32,000 nucleotides of DNA from Schaalia meyeri (lineage in GTDB: Bacteria > Actinomycetota > Actinomycetes > Actinomycetales > Actinomycetaceae), in the NCBI RefSeq assembly GCF_900105015.1, contig NZ_FNLK01000005.1:120001-152000 (forward strand), written 5' to 3'. Both the position numbers and the translations under genes were made by a program. How positions within the stretch are numbered: position 1 is the first letter of the stretch; the number at the start of each line of letters is the position of its first letter. The notes beneath the pieces are model-generated. The model saw only the letters and a program-made list of their open reading frames with translations. It had not been told where the DNA came from and ran no database searches. Shown here in pieces: positions 8,360 to 18,038 of this stretch.

Positions 8360-11292
8360 CACCCGATGAGCTGCGGGTTGTTGGCTTCCTGGAGCCGCGT
8401 CGCGCCCAGTCCTTGCTCGATGAGCTGCCGGGAGGGGAGGGAATCTGGGTCGACGACGTGAGTGCCTCCGCCGACCCCGACCAGGCCCTGCTCCAGGCGA
8501 CCCGTTTGAATGAAGCCGCCCCCGGCCTCGTCCGTTCACTGATGGACGACGAGGCCGCCAGGCGTCGCCTCTGCGCGCTGCTGGGTGGCAGCCGGTGGCT
8601 GGGAGACTACGTGATCGCTGCCCCATCGCGCGCGTCCGCTATCAACGAGGATCCGGGGAACCCCCTCGAGGCACTCCTGGCTTCCGTTGGCGCTTCGCTG
8701 TGTCCGACGGGCGCGTACGTGGCGGCCCCCGGCGCCCACGTGGACGACCTGCGTGCCGCGTACCGGCGCGTGTTGCTCTCCCTCGCGGCCGATGACCTCG
8801 TGTGTGAATGCCCGGAGTCGCTCATGCCGAGTGTGAGCGTGCGCATCTCGGACCTGGTGGATGCCGCCCTCGAGGCCGCCCTGGCCCTAGCCCGCCGCGA
8901 CATTGACCCCGGCGGGGACGTGCCCTTCGCGATCATCGCAATGGGGAAAACGGGTGCCCGCGAACTCAACTACGTCTCGGACGTCGACGTCGTCTACGTT
9001 GCCGAGTCCGGGGCTAACAGGGACGAGCGGGATGCCCTCGAGATCGCGACCCGGCTGGCCGCGGCCACGGCCTCTGCCTGCTCGGGGCCCGGCACCGAGG
9101 CGCCCCTGTGGACCGTGGACGCGAACCTGCGGCCCGAAGGACGCAACGGCGCACTGGTTCGCACGATCGACTCCTACCAACAGTACTGGGACAAGTGGGC
9201 GCAGACGTGGGAGTTTCAGGCGCTGGTCAAGGCGCGCTCCTGCGCCGGAGACAAGGCGCTGGGCGCCGCCTTCGAGGATGCGGCGCAACCGTACGTGTGG
9301 AGCGTCGCCGCCCGTGACGGATTCGTTGAGGCATCGCGCGCGATGCGTCGGCGCGTCGAAGACAACATCTCTCGTTCCCACGCCTCTCGCGAGCTGAAGC
9401 TTGGACGAGGCGGGCTGCGCGACGTCGAATTCACCGTGCAACTCCTGCAGCTGGTTCACGGCAGGACCGATGCGTTCCTGCGCGTGCGTTCCACCCTCGA
9501 AGCGATCGAGGCTCTCGGCGAGGGCGGATACATCGCCCGCAGCGACGCCGCCCAGCTCGCCTCCTGCTACCGATTCCTGCGCACGGTCGAACACCGCACC
9601 CAGCTGCCCCGCATGCGTCGCACCCACCTGATCCCGGACAAGGAAAGCGAAATGCGCGTCCTTGGGCGCGCCATGGGGGTGCGACGCTACCTCGATGCCG
9701 CCTCTATTCGCGGGGCTATCGACGAGGTTCGTGACTGCGTCCGCGCCTTGCACGAGGACGTCTTTTACCGGCCGATTGTCGCGGCCACCGCGTCGCTCAG
9801 CGAAGACGAGATAGCCTTGCATACCGAGGGGGCCCGCGACCGCCTCGCAGCCATCGGCTACTGTGACCCGGCGGGGGCGCTGACGCATATTGCCGCGTTG
9901 ACGCAGGGCACCAGCAGACGTGCGACCATTCAACGACACCTTCTTCCCGTGTTCATCGCTTGGCTCGCGAACGGGGCTGATCCCGACATGGGCTTGTTGA
10001 ACTTCCGCATCCTGTCGGAGGATATCGGTGATTCCCATTGGTACCTCGCGCTCCTGCGCGATTCGGGAGTGGCCGCGCACCGGCTCATGACGATGTTGCC
10101 CAACTCCCGCTGGATTGCCGAGGCGCTCGCAAAGCGTCCGGAAGCCGTCGCATGGCTGGATGACGATGATGAGTTGGCGCCCCGTCAGCGCGACAGGCTC
10201 CAGCGCGAAGTCAGCGCGCTGATCGACCGCCACGAAGATTCAGGCGAAGCGGCGGCACGCGTGCGAGCCGTGCGTACTCGGGAGTTGACGCGGTGCGCGA
10301 TGAATGACTTGCTGGGCGGTATCGACCCGCGTGGGAGTGCGATTGCCGACGCTACCGACGCCGCGCTCCTGGGAGCCGTGGCCATCGCGGAGCGGGAAGA
10401 GGCCTCGCGGTGGGGGAGTCCGCGTGCGCGCGTGGTTCTCGTCGCCATGGGGCGGTACGGGGGACGCGAATGCTCCTATGCCTCCGACGCCGATGTGATC
10501 GCACTCCACGAGGCCGCGGACGGGTTTTCGCAAGCCGATGCGGCGGCCAGTGCCACAGCGATCGTCAACCGCGTCAAGAAACTTCTGGGTTCCGCCACCA
10601 GCCAGCTTGGCATCGCTGTTGACCTCGACCTGCGGCCGGAAGGAAAGAGCGGGCCGATGAGCAAAACCGTGGAGTCTCATCGCGAGTACGCCCGGCGGTG
10701 GGGGGCCGCGTGGGAACGCCAGGCCGCCGTCCGGGCGCGCGTGATCGGCGAGGGGGCTCTTGCCGATCGGGCGAGTGAGCTTTTTGAAGAGATCGCCTAC
10801 GCGGCGGTGAGCGAGTCCGAGCTGCGCGATATTCGACTGCTGAAAGCCCGTATCGAAAACGAGCGACTGCCCCGGGGAATCGAGCCTGCGCGGCACGTCA
10901 AGCTCGGACCGGGGGGGCTCAGCGACGTGGAGTGGACGATTCAGCTGATCCAGATGCGTGCTGGCCGGGACAATGCGGGACTGCGCACGCAATCGACGAC
11001 GGGCGCCATCGAGGCGGCGTGCGAGGCCGGGCTGCTTGTCGCCCCAGACGCCCTGACGCTCCTGCGATCCTGGGAACTGGCGACTCGCATCCGAGCCGCA
11101 AACGTGCTGGCTACGGGCAGGATGAGTGGTGTGAAGCTCGACGTTCTTCCGCGAGATAGCGCCGAGCTGCGCGCCCTGGCGGCTATCCTCGGGTACCGTA
11201 GCGACGGGCTCAACGCCCTCGAAGAAGACTGGTTGCGCGCGGCGCGAAAGGCGCGCGACGTCATGGAACGAATTTTCTGGGAGCAGCAGTGA
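8356..11292 (+). CDS. glnE: bifunctional glutamine synthetase adenylyltransferase / adenylyl-removing enzyme
   Basis: About 980 aa with two nucleotidyltransferase modules. GKTGARELNYVSDVDVVYV lies in the N-terminal half and GRYGGRECSYASDADVIALH in the C-terminal half, each followed by an LRPEG motif. Preferred start is GTG 8356, which overlaps the glnA TGA (GTGA). ATG 8290 inside glnA is the alternative. Confidence 0.93.
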   Translation: MTPDELRVVGFLEPRRAQSLLDELPGGEGIWVDDVSASADPDQALLQATRLNEAAPGLVRSLMDDEAARRRLCALLGGSRWLGDYVIAAPSRASAINEDPGNPLEALLASVGASLCPTGAYVAAPGAHVDDLRAAYRRVLLSLAADDLVCECPESLMPSVSVRISDLVDAALEAALALARRDIDPGGDVPFAIIAMGKTGARELNYVSDVDVVYVAESGANRDERDALEIATRLAAATASACSGPGTEAPLWTVDANLRPEGRNGALVRTIDSYQQYWDKWAQTWEFQALVKARSCAGDKALGAAFEDAAQPYVWSVAARDGFVEASRAMRRRVEDNISRSHASRELKLGRGGLRDVEFTVQLLQLVHGRTDAFLRVRSTLEAIEALGEGGYIARSDAAQLASCYRFLRTVEHRTQLPRMRRTHLIPDKESEMRVLGRAMGVRRYLDAASIRGAIDEVRDCVRALHEDVFYRPIVAATASLSEDEIALHTEGARDRLAAIGYCDPAGALTHIAALTQGTSRRATIQRHLLPVFIAWLANGADPDMGLLNFRILSEDIGDSHWYLALLRDSGVAAHRLMTMLPNSRWIAEALAKRPEAVAWLDDDDELAPRQRDRLQREVSALIDRHEDSGEAAARVRAVRTRELTRCAMNDLLGGIDPRGSAIADATDAALLGAVAIAEREEASRWGSPRARVVLVAMGRYGGRECSYASDADVIALHEAADGFSQADAAASATAIVNRVKKLLGSATSQLGIAVDLDLRPEGKSGPMSKTVESHREYARRWGAAWERQAAVRARVIGEGALADRASELFEEIAYAAVSESELRDIRLLKARIENERLPRGIEPARHVKLGPGGLSDVEWTIQLIQMRAGRDNAGLRTQSTTGAIEAACEAGLLVAPDALTLLRSWELATRIRAANVLATGRMSGVKLDVLPRDSAELRALAAILGYRSDGLNALEEDWLRAARKARDVMERIFWEQQ

Positions 11293-11960
11293 AGATTGTG
11301 CTGGTACGGCACGGACAGACACCCGCGAACCGCCTCGGTGCCCTGGACACCGTCCGCCCCGGCCTGGGACTGACCGATCGGGGGTACGCGCAGGCCCAGC
11401 GCCTGGCGGATCGTTGGGAGTCGGAGGTCGCGCCCGCTCCGTGCGTCATCGCCCTGTCTGGGCTGACACGCACGCGCCTCACGGCCGCGCCCCTAGCAAG
11501 GGCGTACGGCCTGAGGCCCCTCGTGTGTCCGGGGATCCGCGAACTGCGCTCCGGCGACCTGGAGATGGCGGCCGACGCCGTCTCCCAGTCTCTCTACGTT
11601 CGCACGACCCTGTCGTGGTGCGCGGGGGATCTGGAAGCGCGCATGCCGGGCGGTGAAAGCGGGCGCGAGGCGCTGACCCGATCCCTGGAAACCGTGCGCC
11701 GCGTCGGCCTGGCTGCCCGCGAGCAAGCTGGCGATCAGGCAGTCGCCGTCTTTGTCATACACGGAGCCCTCACGCGCCTGCTGGCAACGTGGCTGTCCTG
11801 TGAGATCAATGAGTTGTTGGTTTCGGCGCACTTCATGTCGAATACGGGGACGTCTACTTTCGAGTGGCCCGCCGACTTGAGTCCTCAGTCAGCGGATGAG
11901 CTCGCCAGGCAGCTGCGCGCCCTGACCTGGAACGACCGACCCGTCGATCAGTGGGATTGA
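11289..11960 (+). CDS. histidine phosphatase superfamily protein (phosphoglycerate-mutase-like)
   Basis: The N-terminus IVLVRHGQTPAN carries the RHG catalytic motif, and a second His lies in FVIHGALTRLL. The GTG start overlaps the glnE TGA (GTGA at 11289-11292). Confidence 0.85.
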   Translation: MKIVLVRHGQTPANRLGALDTVRPGLGLTDRGYAQAQRLADRWESEVAPAPCVIALSGLTRTRLTAAPLARAYGLRPLVCPGIRELRSGDLEMAADAVSQSLYVRTTLSWCAGDLEARMPGGESGREALTRSLETVRRVGLAAREQAGDQAVAVFVIHGALTRLLATWLSCEINELLVSAHFMSNTGTSTFEWPADLSPQSADELARQLRALTWNDRPVDQWD

Positions 11961-12169
11961 TTCGGCGGCTGAAACGGCGAGATCGTGAAAGGAAACGAGC
12001 GGTACTTGAGGTAGTTTTCCAGGTACGCCAGATGGTTTTCGCACGCCAGCCACGTTTTGGTGCGCGCCCGGTGGATCGCTGGATTCGACCAGTCGATCCG
12101 GTAGCGCGCCGCGTTGGTGCATTCGCGCGCCGAGCAGATGCCCGAGGCGCTTTCGACTCCCAGAGCCAT
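11948..12169 (-). CDS. small (73 aa) hypothetical protein with a C-x4-C ... C-x2-H pattern
   Basis: This is the only ORF in the gap with a protein-like composition (W, N, K, Y, H, E mixed). The competing frames are Arg/Ala/Gly/Pro shadow translations. Third-position GC is high, as in neighbouring genes. Cys12, Cys17, Cys43 and His46 could bind a metal. No family could be named with certainty. Confidence 0.5.
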   Translation of the reverse strand: MALGVESASGICSARECTNAARYRIDWSNPAIHRARTKTWLACENHLAYLENYLKYRSFPFTISPFQPPNQSH

Positions 12170-12200
12170 GTTGTCCTCCCGATGCGGTTACGCTTGCAGT

Positions 12201-12683
12201 ATGCCAACCCTCGTTCTTGTTCGCCACGCGCAGGCGTCGCACTCCTACCCCGACCGCTCTCGCCCGCTCACCGAGGCCGGGCGGGACCAGGCCGCCAGGC
12301 TCGGCGAGGCCCTCGCGCGCGAGATCGGCACCTTCTCCGTCGCCGTATCCTCCGACGCGCGGCGCGCCCGCCAGACCTTCGCGGCCATCATGGCGCGCGT
12401 GGACGTCGCCGATGCGTGGAGGGAGCGCGGCCTGTACTACGCCGACGAGGAGGACGTCATTGAGCTTGCCCGCTCGTTCAGCGGCAACGCGGGCCTCATC
12501 GTCGGACACGAACCGACGATCTCGTCGGCGGGATACCTGCTGGCGCGCGAGGAGGACAGGGAGTCCGTTGCCCGCGGTGTCGGCACCGCCACCGCCCTGG
12601 TCCTGGGCTTTTGCGGCGCCTTCGAGGGCCTGGCTCCCGGGAGCTGTTCCCTGCGCGTGCTGGAGATACCTCCCACCCGATAG
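12201..12683 (+). CDS. SixA-like histidine phosphatase family protein
   Basis: ATG 12201 gives MPTLVLVRHAQASHSYPDRSRPLTEAGRDQAARLG, the RHA/RHG motif plus the D..RPLT..G pattern of short SixA-type phosphatases. GHEPT lies further downstream. The 29 upstream codons of the ORF track were discarded. Confidence 0.75.
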   Translation: MPTLVLVRHAQASHSYPDRSRPLTEAGRDQAARLGEALAREIGTFSVAVSSDARRARQTFAAIMARVDVADAWRERGLYYADEEDVIELARSFSGNAGLIVGHEPTISSAGYLLAREEDRESVARGVGTATALVLGFCGAFEGLAPGSCSLRVLEIPPTR

Positions 12684-12830
12684 CCTCGCGAATCGGCGAA
12701 GGGAGCGGGCCGCCGCGCCGCCGGTTGTGACGGTGTTTACGTTTGTCTACGCGTGTGCCACCCGGGTAGGGAAGGGGAGCGCTGACGCGATAGAATAGAC
12801 CGGTATTTATCCACCCAACAAGGAGAAGTG

Positions 12831-13592
12831 ATGTCGGGACACTCTAAGTGGGCGACCACCAAGCATAAGAAGGCCGCTATCGACGCCAAGCGCGGCAAGC
12901 TTTTCGCGCGCCTCATCAAGAACATTGAGGTTGCTGCTCGCACGGGTGGAGGCGACCCCGCTGGCAACCCGACGCTGTACGACGCCATCCAGAAAGCTAA
13001 GAAGAACTCCGTCCCCGCGGATAACATTGACCGTGCCGTCAAGCGCGGTTCTGGCGCTGAGGCCGGCGGCGCCAACTACGAGACCATCATGTACGAAGGC
13101 TACGGTCCGGGCGGCGTCGCCTTCCTGGTCGAATGTTTGACGGACAACCGTAACCGCGCTGCCTCCGACGTACGCCTGGGCTTTACTCGACACGGCGGTT
13201 CCCTCGCGGACCCCGGTTCGGTTTCCTACCTCTTTTCCCGTCGCGGCGTCGTGGAGGTGCCCGCTGCGGACGGGGTGGACGAGGAATCGATCATGATGGC
13301 CGTCCTTGATGCGGGAGCGGAAGAGGTCGAGGACGCCGGCGAGCTGTTCATCGTCGAATCCGACCCGAAGGATGTCGTCGCCGTTCGTAGCGCCCTGCAG
13401 GACGCGGGCATCGACTACGACTCCGCCGAGGTGCAGTTCGTCGCCTCCACCGAGGTCGAGCTGGATCTAGAGGGCGCCCTCAAGGTGAACAAACTCGTCG
13501 ACGTGCTAGAGGATTCCGACGACGTTCAGAACATCTACACGAACATGTCCCTGTCGGACGAGGTTCGAGCCCAGCTGGAAGAGGCGGAGTGA
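12831..13592 (+). CDS. yebC: YebC/PmpR-family DNA-binding regulator
   Basis: [25 protein letters not shown] is the hallmark N-terminus. RBS AGGAG at 12821-12825 lies 5 nt before ATG 12831. A candidate -10 TAGAAT lies at 12791-12796. Confidence 0.93.
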   Translation: MSGHSKWATTKHKKAAIDAKRGKLFARLIKNIEVAARTGGGDPAGNPTLYDAIQKAKKNSVPADNIDRAVKRGSGAEAGGANYETIMYEGYGPGGVAFLVECLTDNRNRAASDVRLGFTRHGGSLADPGSVSYLFSRRGVVEVPAADGVDEESIMMAVLDAGAEEVEDAGELFIVESDPKDVVAVRSALQDAGIDYDSAEVQFVASTEVELDLEGALKVNKLVDVLEDSDDVQNIYTNMSLSDEVRAQLEEAE

Positions 13593-14497
13593 GCATGAGC
13601 GATTCCACCGCTACGCGTGAGGTCGGCACACCGCAGGTCAAGCGTGGTATGGCACAGATGCTCAAGGGCGGCGTGATCATGGACGTCGTCACGCCCGAGC
13701 AGGCGAAGATCGCCGAAGACGCCGGTGCGGTCGCGGTCATGGCTCTGGAGCGGGTGCCGGCCGACATCCGCGCACAGGGCGGCGTGGCTCGCATGTCGGA
13801 TCCGGATCTGATCCAGGGCATCATCGATGCCGTATCAATCCCCGTCATGGCGAAGGCGCGTATCGGGCACTTCGTTGAGGCGCAGGTCCTGCAGTCCCTG
13901 GGTGTGGACTACATCGACGAGTCCGAGGTGCTAACCCCCGCCGACTACGCACACCACATCGACAAGTGGAACTTTACGGTTCCCTTTGTGTGCGGTGCCA
14001 CCAATCTGGGCGAGGCGCTGCGTCGCATCAACGAGGGTGCGGCGATGATCCGCTCCAAGGGCGAGGCCGGCACGGGTGACGTGTCGAACGCGACCACACA
14101 CATGCGTCAGATTCGCGACGAGATTCGCCACCTGACGTCCCTGCCCGCCGACGAACTGTACGTTGCGGCCAAGGAACTGCGTGCCCCCTTCGAGCTCGTC
14201 GCCGAAGTAGCCCGCGAGGGGTGCCTCCCCGTCGTGCTCTTCACGGCGGGCGGCATCGCCACCCCCGCCGACGCCGCGATGATGATGCAGCTCGGCGCCG
14301 AAGGCGTCTTCGTGGGATCCGGCATCTTCAAGTCCGGAGATCCCGCCAAGCGCGCAGCAGCGATCGTCAAGGCGACCACCTTCTACGACGATCCTGCCGT
14401 GATCGCGGACGTTTCCCGCGGGCTTGGCGAGGCCATGGTCGGCATCAACGTTGACGATTTGCCAATCGATCACCGTCTTGCGGAGCGCGGATGGTAA
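13589..14497 (+). CDS. pdxS: pyridoxal 5'-phosphate synthase, lyase subunit
   Basis: Contains [44 protein letters not shown]. Start is either GTG 13589, overlapping the yebC stop, or ATG 13595. Confidence 0.95.
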   Translation: MSMSDSTATREVGTPQVKRGMAQMLKGGVIMDVVTPEQAKIAEDAGAVAVMALERVPADIRAQGGVARMSDPDLIQGIIDAVSIPVMAKARIGHFVEAQVLQSLGVDYIDESEVLTPADYAHHIDKWNFTVPFVCGATNLGEALRRINEGAAMIRSKGEAGTGDVSNATTHMRQIRDEIRHLTSLPADELYVAAKELRAPFELVAEVAREGCLPVVLFTAGGIATPADAAMMMQLGAEGVFVGSGIFKSGDPAKRAAAIVKATTFYDDPAVIADVSRGLGEAMVGINVDDLPIDHRLAERGW

Positions 14498-15084
14498 CCA
14501 TCGGCGTTCTCGCCCTCCAGGGCGACGTCGCGGAGCACGTGCGGGCGCTGGAAAAATCCGGTGCCCGCACGTTGCTTGTGCGCAGGGACAGCGAACTCGC
14601 GCGGGTCGATGGGCTGGTTATCCCGGGTGGGGAATCGACGACCATGTCACAGCTGCTGACTTCTTTTGGATTGTTCGACCCACTTGGCGCTCGCATCGCT
14701 TCGGGGATGCCGGTGTATGGAACGTGCGCGGGCATGATCGTGCTCGCTTCCTCGGTCCTTGACGGTCGCGACGATCAGCGCTGTCTCGGCGCGCTCGACA
14801 TGGTCGTGCGGCGCAACGCCTTCGGCCGCCAGGTCGACTCCTACGAGGAGGACCTGGAAGTGTGTGGGCTTGGGGGTGCCCCCTTCCGCGCTGTTTTCAT
14901 TCGCGCCCCGTGGGTGGAGTCTGTGGGAGCGGGGGTCACGGTAATCGCGCGAGCCGGAAACCGACCCGACGGGCCGATTGTCGCCGTGCGTCGCGGGAAC
15001 GTGATGGCGACTTCCTTCCATCCCGAGGTGGGTGGGGATGAACGCATCCACGAACTCTTCGTCGGCATGGTTGAGGGGCATTGA
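14491..15084 (+). CDS. pdxT: pyridoxal 5'-phosphate synthase, glutaminase subunit
   Basis: Contains [13 protein letters not shown], catalytic Cys in GTCAGMIVL, and FHPE near the C-terminus. The ATG overlaps the end of pdxS (ATGGTAA). Confidence 0.93.
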   Translation: MVTIGVLALQGDVAEHVRALEKSGARTLLVRRDSELARVDGLVIPGGESTTMSQLLTSFGLFDPLGARIASGMPVYGTCAGMIVLASSVLDGRDDQRCLGALDMVVRRNAFGRQVDSYEEDLEVCGLGGAPFRAVFIRAPWVESVGAGVTVIARAGNRPDGPIVAVRRGNVMATSFHPEVGGDERIHELFVGMVEGH

Positions 15085-15713
15085 TGCGCGTCATGGGGAT
15101 CGACCCGGGGCTGACGCGGTGCGGTCTGGGCGTCATCGATGTTGATGCGTCGCGTCGAGCAACACTGGTCTACGTCGGCGTTGCCAGGACCGACAAGGAC
15201 CTGGCAACGCACTTTAGGATCCGCACGATCGCCGATGCGATTGACGGAGTCATCAAAGAGTACGAGCCCGATGTGGTCGCCATCGAACGGGTGTTTGCGC
15301 AGGACAATCTGCAGTCGGTCACGACGACGATGCAGGTGATGGGCGCAGCGATGGCTTGCGTCGGGGGCGCGGGATTGCCCATGGCCATCCATACTCCTTC
15401 CGAGGTTAAGTCAGCCGTTTCTGGAAACGGCAATGCGGACAAGACGCAGGTTCAGGCCATGGTTGCTCGGATTCTTGGCCTGGCTAAGGCGCCCAAGCCC
15501 GCGGATGCCTCGGACTCCCTGGCAATCGCCATCGCGCACGCGTGGCGCGGGACGGGGCTGCTTGGCGCGCCAGACGATTCTTCCGTCGCCGTGTCGATCT
15601 CGGGACGCCTCACCTCGCGCGGGGCGATGACACCGGCGCAACGGGCCTGGGCCGAGGCCCAGGCCGCGCAACGCCGGACGGGCGCTGTCGATCCCAGGCG
15701 CAGACGCGGCTAG
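15084..15713 (+). CDS. ruvC: crossover junction endodeoxyribonuclease
   Basis: Contains [14 protein letters not shown] (catalytic Asp), AIERVF and DASDSLAIAIAHAW. ATG 15084 shares one nucleotide with the pdxT TGA. Confidence 0.92.
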   Translation: MRVMGIDPGLTRCGLGVIDVDASRRATLVYVGVARTDKDLATHFRIRTIADAIDGVIKEYEPDVVAIERVFAQDNLQSVTTTMQVMGAAMACVGGAGLPMAIHTPSEVKSAVSGNGNADKTQVQAMVARILGLAKAPKPADASDSLAIAIAHAWRGTGLLGAPDDSSVAVSISGRLTSRGAMTPAQRAWAEAQAAQRRTGAVDPRRRRG

Positions 15714-15770
15714 AATCGTACATATGTTCGCCCGCCCCTCGGTGGGCGATCGGTGAGCGAAAGGAACGCA

Positions 15771-16376
15771 GTGATCTCAATTCTGCGCGGTAGCGTTGTG
15801 AACGTCGGACTCGACCACATCGACATTGTGGTGGGAGGTATCGGCTTTCGCGTCCACGTCACCCCCGCTTACGCGCAGGGCGCTGCTCGTGACGCAGAGC
15901 TGACGGTCTACACCTCGATGGTAGTGCGCGAGGACTCGATGACCCTCTACGGCTTCGAGTCGCGCGACGAGCGCGACGTCTTTGTCAAGCTATTGTCGGT
16001 GTCCGGCATCGGCCCCAAGATCGCCCTGGCGGCGCTGGCCGTGCTCCGTCCGGACGATCTGCGGCGGGCTGTGCGCGACCAGGACCTGCCGACGCTGCAG
16101 CGGATCCCGGGTGTGGGAAAGAAATCCGCTCAGCGCATGGCGCTCGAAGTCGGTGACAAGCTGGGGACTCCCGCCGCCCTGCCCGGCACGGAATCGCCTT
16201 CCGTAGCCCAGAGCACGGAGGACACGGTAGCGGCAGAGGTGAGTGCCGCACTCGTTGGCTTGGGCTGGTCCGAGGCGCAGGCTGCGAAAGCCATCGAGAA
16301 GCTGTCGGGCAGCGGGCTCGGGGCGTCCGATATGCTCAGGGCGGCGCTGGTGACGTTGGGAGGCGGCCGTGGCTGA
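15771..16376 (+). CDS. ruvA: Holliday junction DNA helicase subunit RuvA
   Basis: GTG 15771 gives (M)ISILRGSV, a typical RuvA start, with AAAGGAA upstream; GTG 15753 is the alternative. Two helix-hairpin-helix motifs are present, [16 protein letters not shown] and [17 protein letters not shown]. Confidence 0.9.
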   Translation: MISILRGSVVNVGLDHIDIVVGGIGFRVHVTPAYAQGAARDAELTVYTSMVVREDSMTLYGFESRDERDVFVKLLSVSGIGPKIALAALAVLRPDDLRRAVRDQDLPTLQRIPGVGKKSAQRMALEVGDKLGTPAALPGTESPSVAQSTEDTVAAEVSAALVGLGWSEAQAAKAIEKLSGSGLGASDMLRAALVTLGGGRG

Positions 16377-17421
16377 CAACGCGAACCGGGATGCCGACGT
16401 CGAGGCGATGCGAATCGTGGCTCCGGACGCCAGTGAACTCGAGCGCGCGGCAGAGGCGGCGCTGCGGCCCAAGAAACTGTCAGAGTTTGTCGGGCAACGG
16501 GTGGCCCGGGGACAGCTTCAGCTGGTGCTTGACGCTGCGCGCATGCGCGCAGTCACCCCGGATCACGTCTTACTGGCAGGCCCCCCGGGGCTCGGGAAGA
16601 CCACGCTTGCGATGATCATCGCCGCCGAGATGGGGACCTCCCTGCGCCTTACATCGGGGCCTGCGATTCAGCACGCGGGCGATCTGGCCGCAATTCTCTC
16701 CGGCCTTCAAGAAGGCGACATTCTCTTCATCGATGAGATTCATCGCCTGGCTCGAACAGCCGAGGAGATGCTGTACCTGGCGATGGAAGACTTCCGCGTC
16801 GATGTGGTCGTAGGCAAAGGGCCCGGCGCCACGTCGATTCCTCTCACGCTCCCCCCCTTCACTGTCGTCGGCGCGACGACGCGATCGGGGCTGCTGCCGG
16901 CTCCGCTTCGCGACCGTTTCGGCTTTACCGCACACCTCGAGTTCTACGCAACCGATGAGCTTCGATCGGTAGTAACCCGTTCTGCCTCGCTCCTCGGGGC
17001 GGTCATTGACGCCCGGGCTGCCCACGAGATTGCTTCGCGTTCGCGCGGGACACCCCGCATCGCGAACCGGCTGCTGAGACGAGTCGTTGACTATGCGCAG
17101 GTGCATGGAAACGGTCAACTCACGTTGGAGTCGGCACGCGCCGCTCTGGAACTGTTCGAGGTCGACCCCAGTGGCTTGGATCGCCTCGACCGCGCTGTAT
17201 TGGAGGCGCTCTGCCGCCGCTTCGCGGGTGGCCCGGTTGGCTTGACGACCCTGTCCGTCACCATCGGCGAGGAGGCGGAGACGGTCGAAACGGTCGCGGA
17301 GCCCTATCTCGTGCGCGAAGGATTCCTGGTGCGTACCAACCGCGGCAGGATGGCGACCTCGAAGGCTTGGGGCCACCTCGGGTTGACGCCTCCTGGCCCG
17401 AGCGGCGCGCTGTTTGACTAG
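16369..17421 (+). CDS. ruvB: Holliday junction DNA helicase RuvB
   Basis: Walker A is GPPGLGKTT, Walker B is [10 protein letters not shown], sensor is [10 protein letters not shown], followed by [13 protein letters not shown]. The start overlaps the ruvA end by 8 nt. Confidence 0.95.
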   Translation: MADNANRDADVEAMRIVAPDASELERAAEAALRPKKLSEFVGQRVARGQLQLVLDAARMRAVTPDHVLLAGPPGLGKTTLAMIIAAEMGTSLRLTSGPAIQHAGDLAAILSGLQEGDILFIDEIHRLARTAEEMLYLAMEDFRVDVVVGKGPGATSIPLTLPPFTVVGATTRSGLLPAPLRDRFGFTAHLEFYATDELRSVVTRSASLLGAVIDARAAHEIASRSRGTPRIANRLLRRVVDYAQVHGNGQLTLESARAALELFEVDPSGLDRLDRAVLEALCRRFAGGPVGLTTLSVTIGEEAETVETVAEPYLVREGFLVRTNRGRMATSKAWGHLGLTPPGPSGALFD

Positions 17422-17598
17422 GGGAGTGGGCCCGGTCGATACAGGTCCTGTCGGGGGGAGTAAATGGGGCGGAGTCGGCTTTGTCGGCGGGTGCGCCGCG
17501 CCGCATGCTGATCACTTAGGCTAAAACCCTCTTCGGGCATTAGACTGGCAGAGTGCGCTCAAAAGCGCCCGACCGTCATCGAAAGTGAATCAGCCTTT

Positions 17599-18012
17599 AT
17601 GAACAACTACATCCTGTTGCTCCTGCTCGCCGCCATGATCGTCTTCATGTGGTGGAGTTCGCGCTCACGCAAGAAGCAGATTCAGAAGATGGAGCAGGAA
17701 AAGCGCGACCAGCTCGCCGCCGTTAAGTCCGGCGAATGGGTCCGTACCCGCGTAGGCTTCTGGGGTCGTTTCGTTGACCTCGACGGCGACATCGTGGTCC
17801 TCGAGACCACCGATGGGCATGAGATGTACTGGGAGCGGGAAATGATCGCCGAGATCGGCGGGCAACCCCCTCTCGCCGACGCGACAGACAGCCAGGCGGA
17901 AGAGACCGCTGACGCAGAGGAGACGACGGAGCAGGATAGCAACGTCCTCGGACTGGGCGAAATGAACAGCGGCGTGTCCTCTGCCGAGGACCTCGACGAG
18001 CAGCAGAAGTAA
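17599..18012 (+). CDS. yajC: preprotein translocase subunit YajC with an acidic C-terminal extension
   Basis: A single N-terminal TM helix (ILLLLLAAMIVFMWW) is followed by a basic stretch and GEWVRTRVGFWGRFVDLDGDIVVLE, the YajC core. It sits directly upstream of secD. Confidence 0.85.
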   Translation: MNNYILLLLLAAMIVFMWWSSRSRKKQIQKMEQEKRDQLAAVKSGEWVRTRVGFWGRFVDLDGDIVVLETTDGHEMYWEREMIAEIGGQPPLADATDSQAEETADAEETTEQDSNVLGLGEMNSGVSSAEDLDEQQK

Positions 18013-18038
18013 CACAAGGCTGAACGGAAAGTAGAACC

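Noticed and set aside
7238-11322. Three long minus-strand ORFs (7238-8626, 8887-10233, 10240-11322) opposite glnA and glnE.
   Set aside because: These are shadow ORFs. They give Arg/Gly/Pro/Ala-biased translations without domains, while the + strand encodes unmistakable GS and GlnE motifs.
11889-12509. 206-aa and 117-aa minus-strand ORFs overlapping the SixA-like gene and the small ORF.
   Set aside because: They have shadow-frame composition. The 73-aa frame (11948-12169) and the + strand phosphatase explain the region better.
17441-17451. Small palindrome ACAGGtCCTGT after ruvB, and GCGC-tcaaaa-GCGC upstream of yajC.
   Set aside because: The arms are only 4-5 bp with no T tract. They are expected by chance, so they were not reported as terminators or operators.
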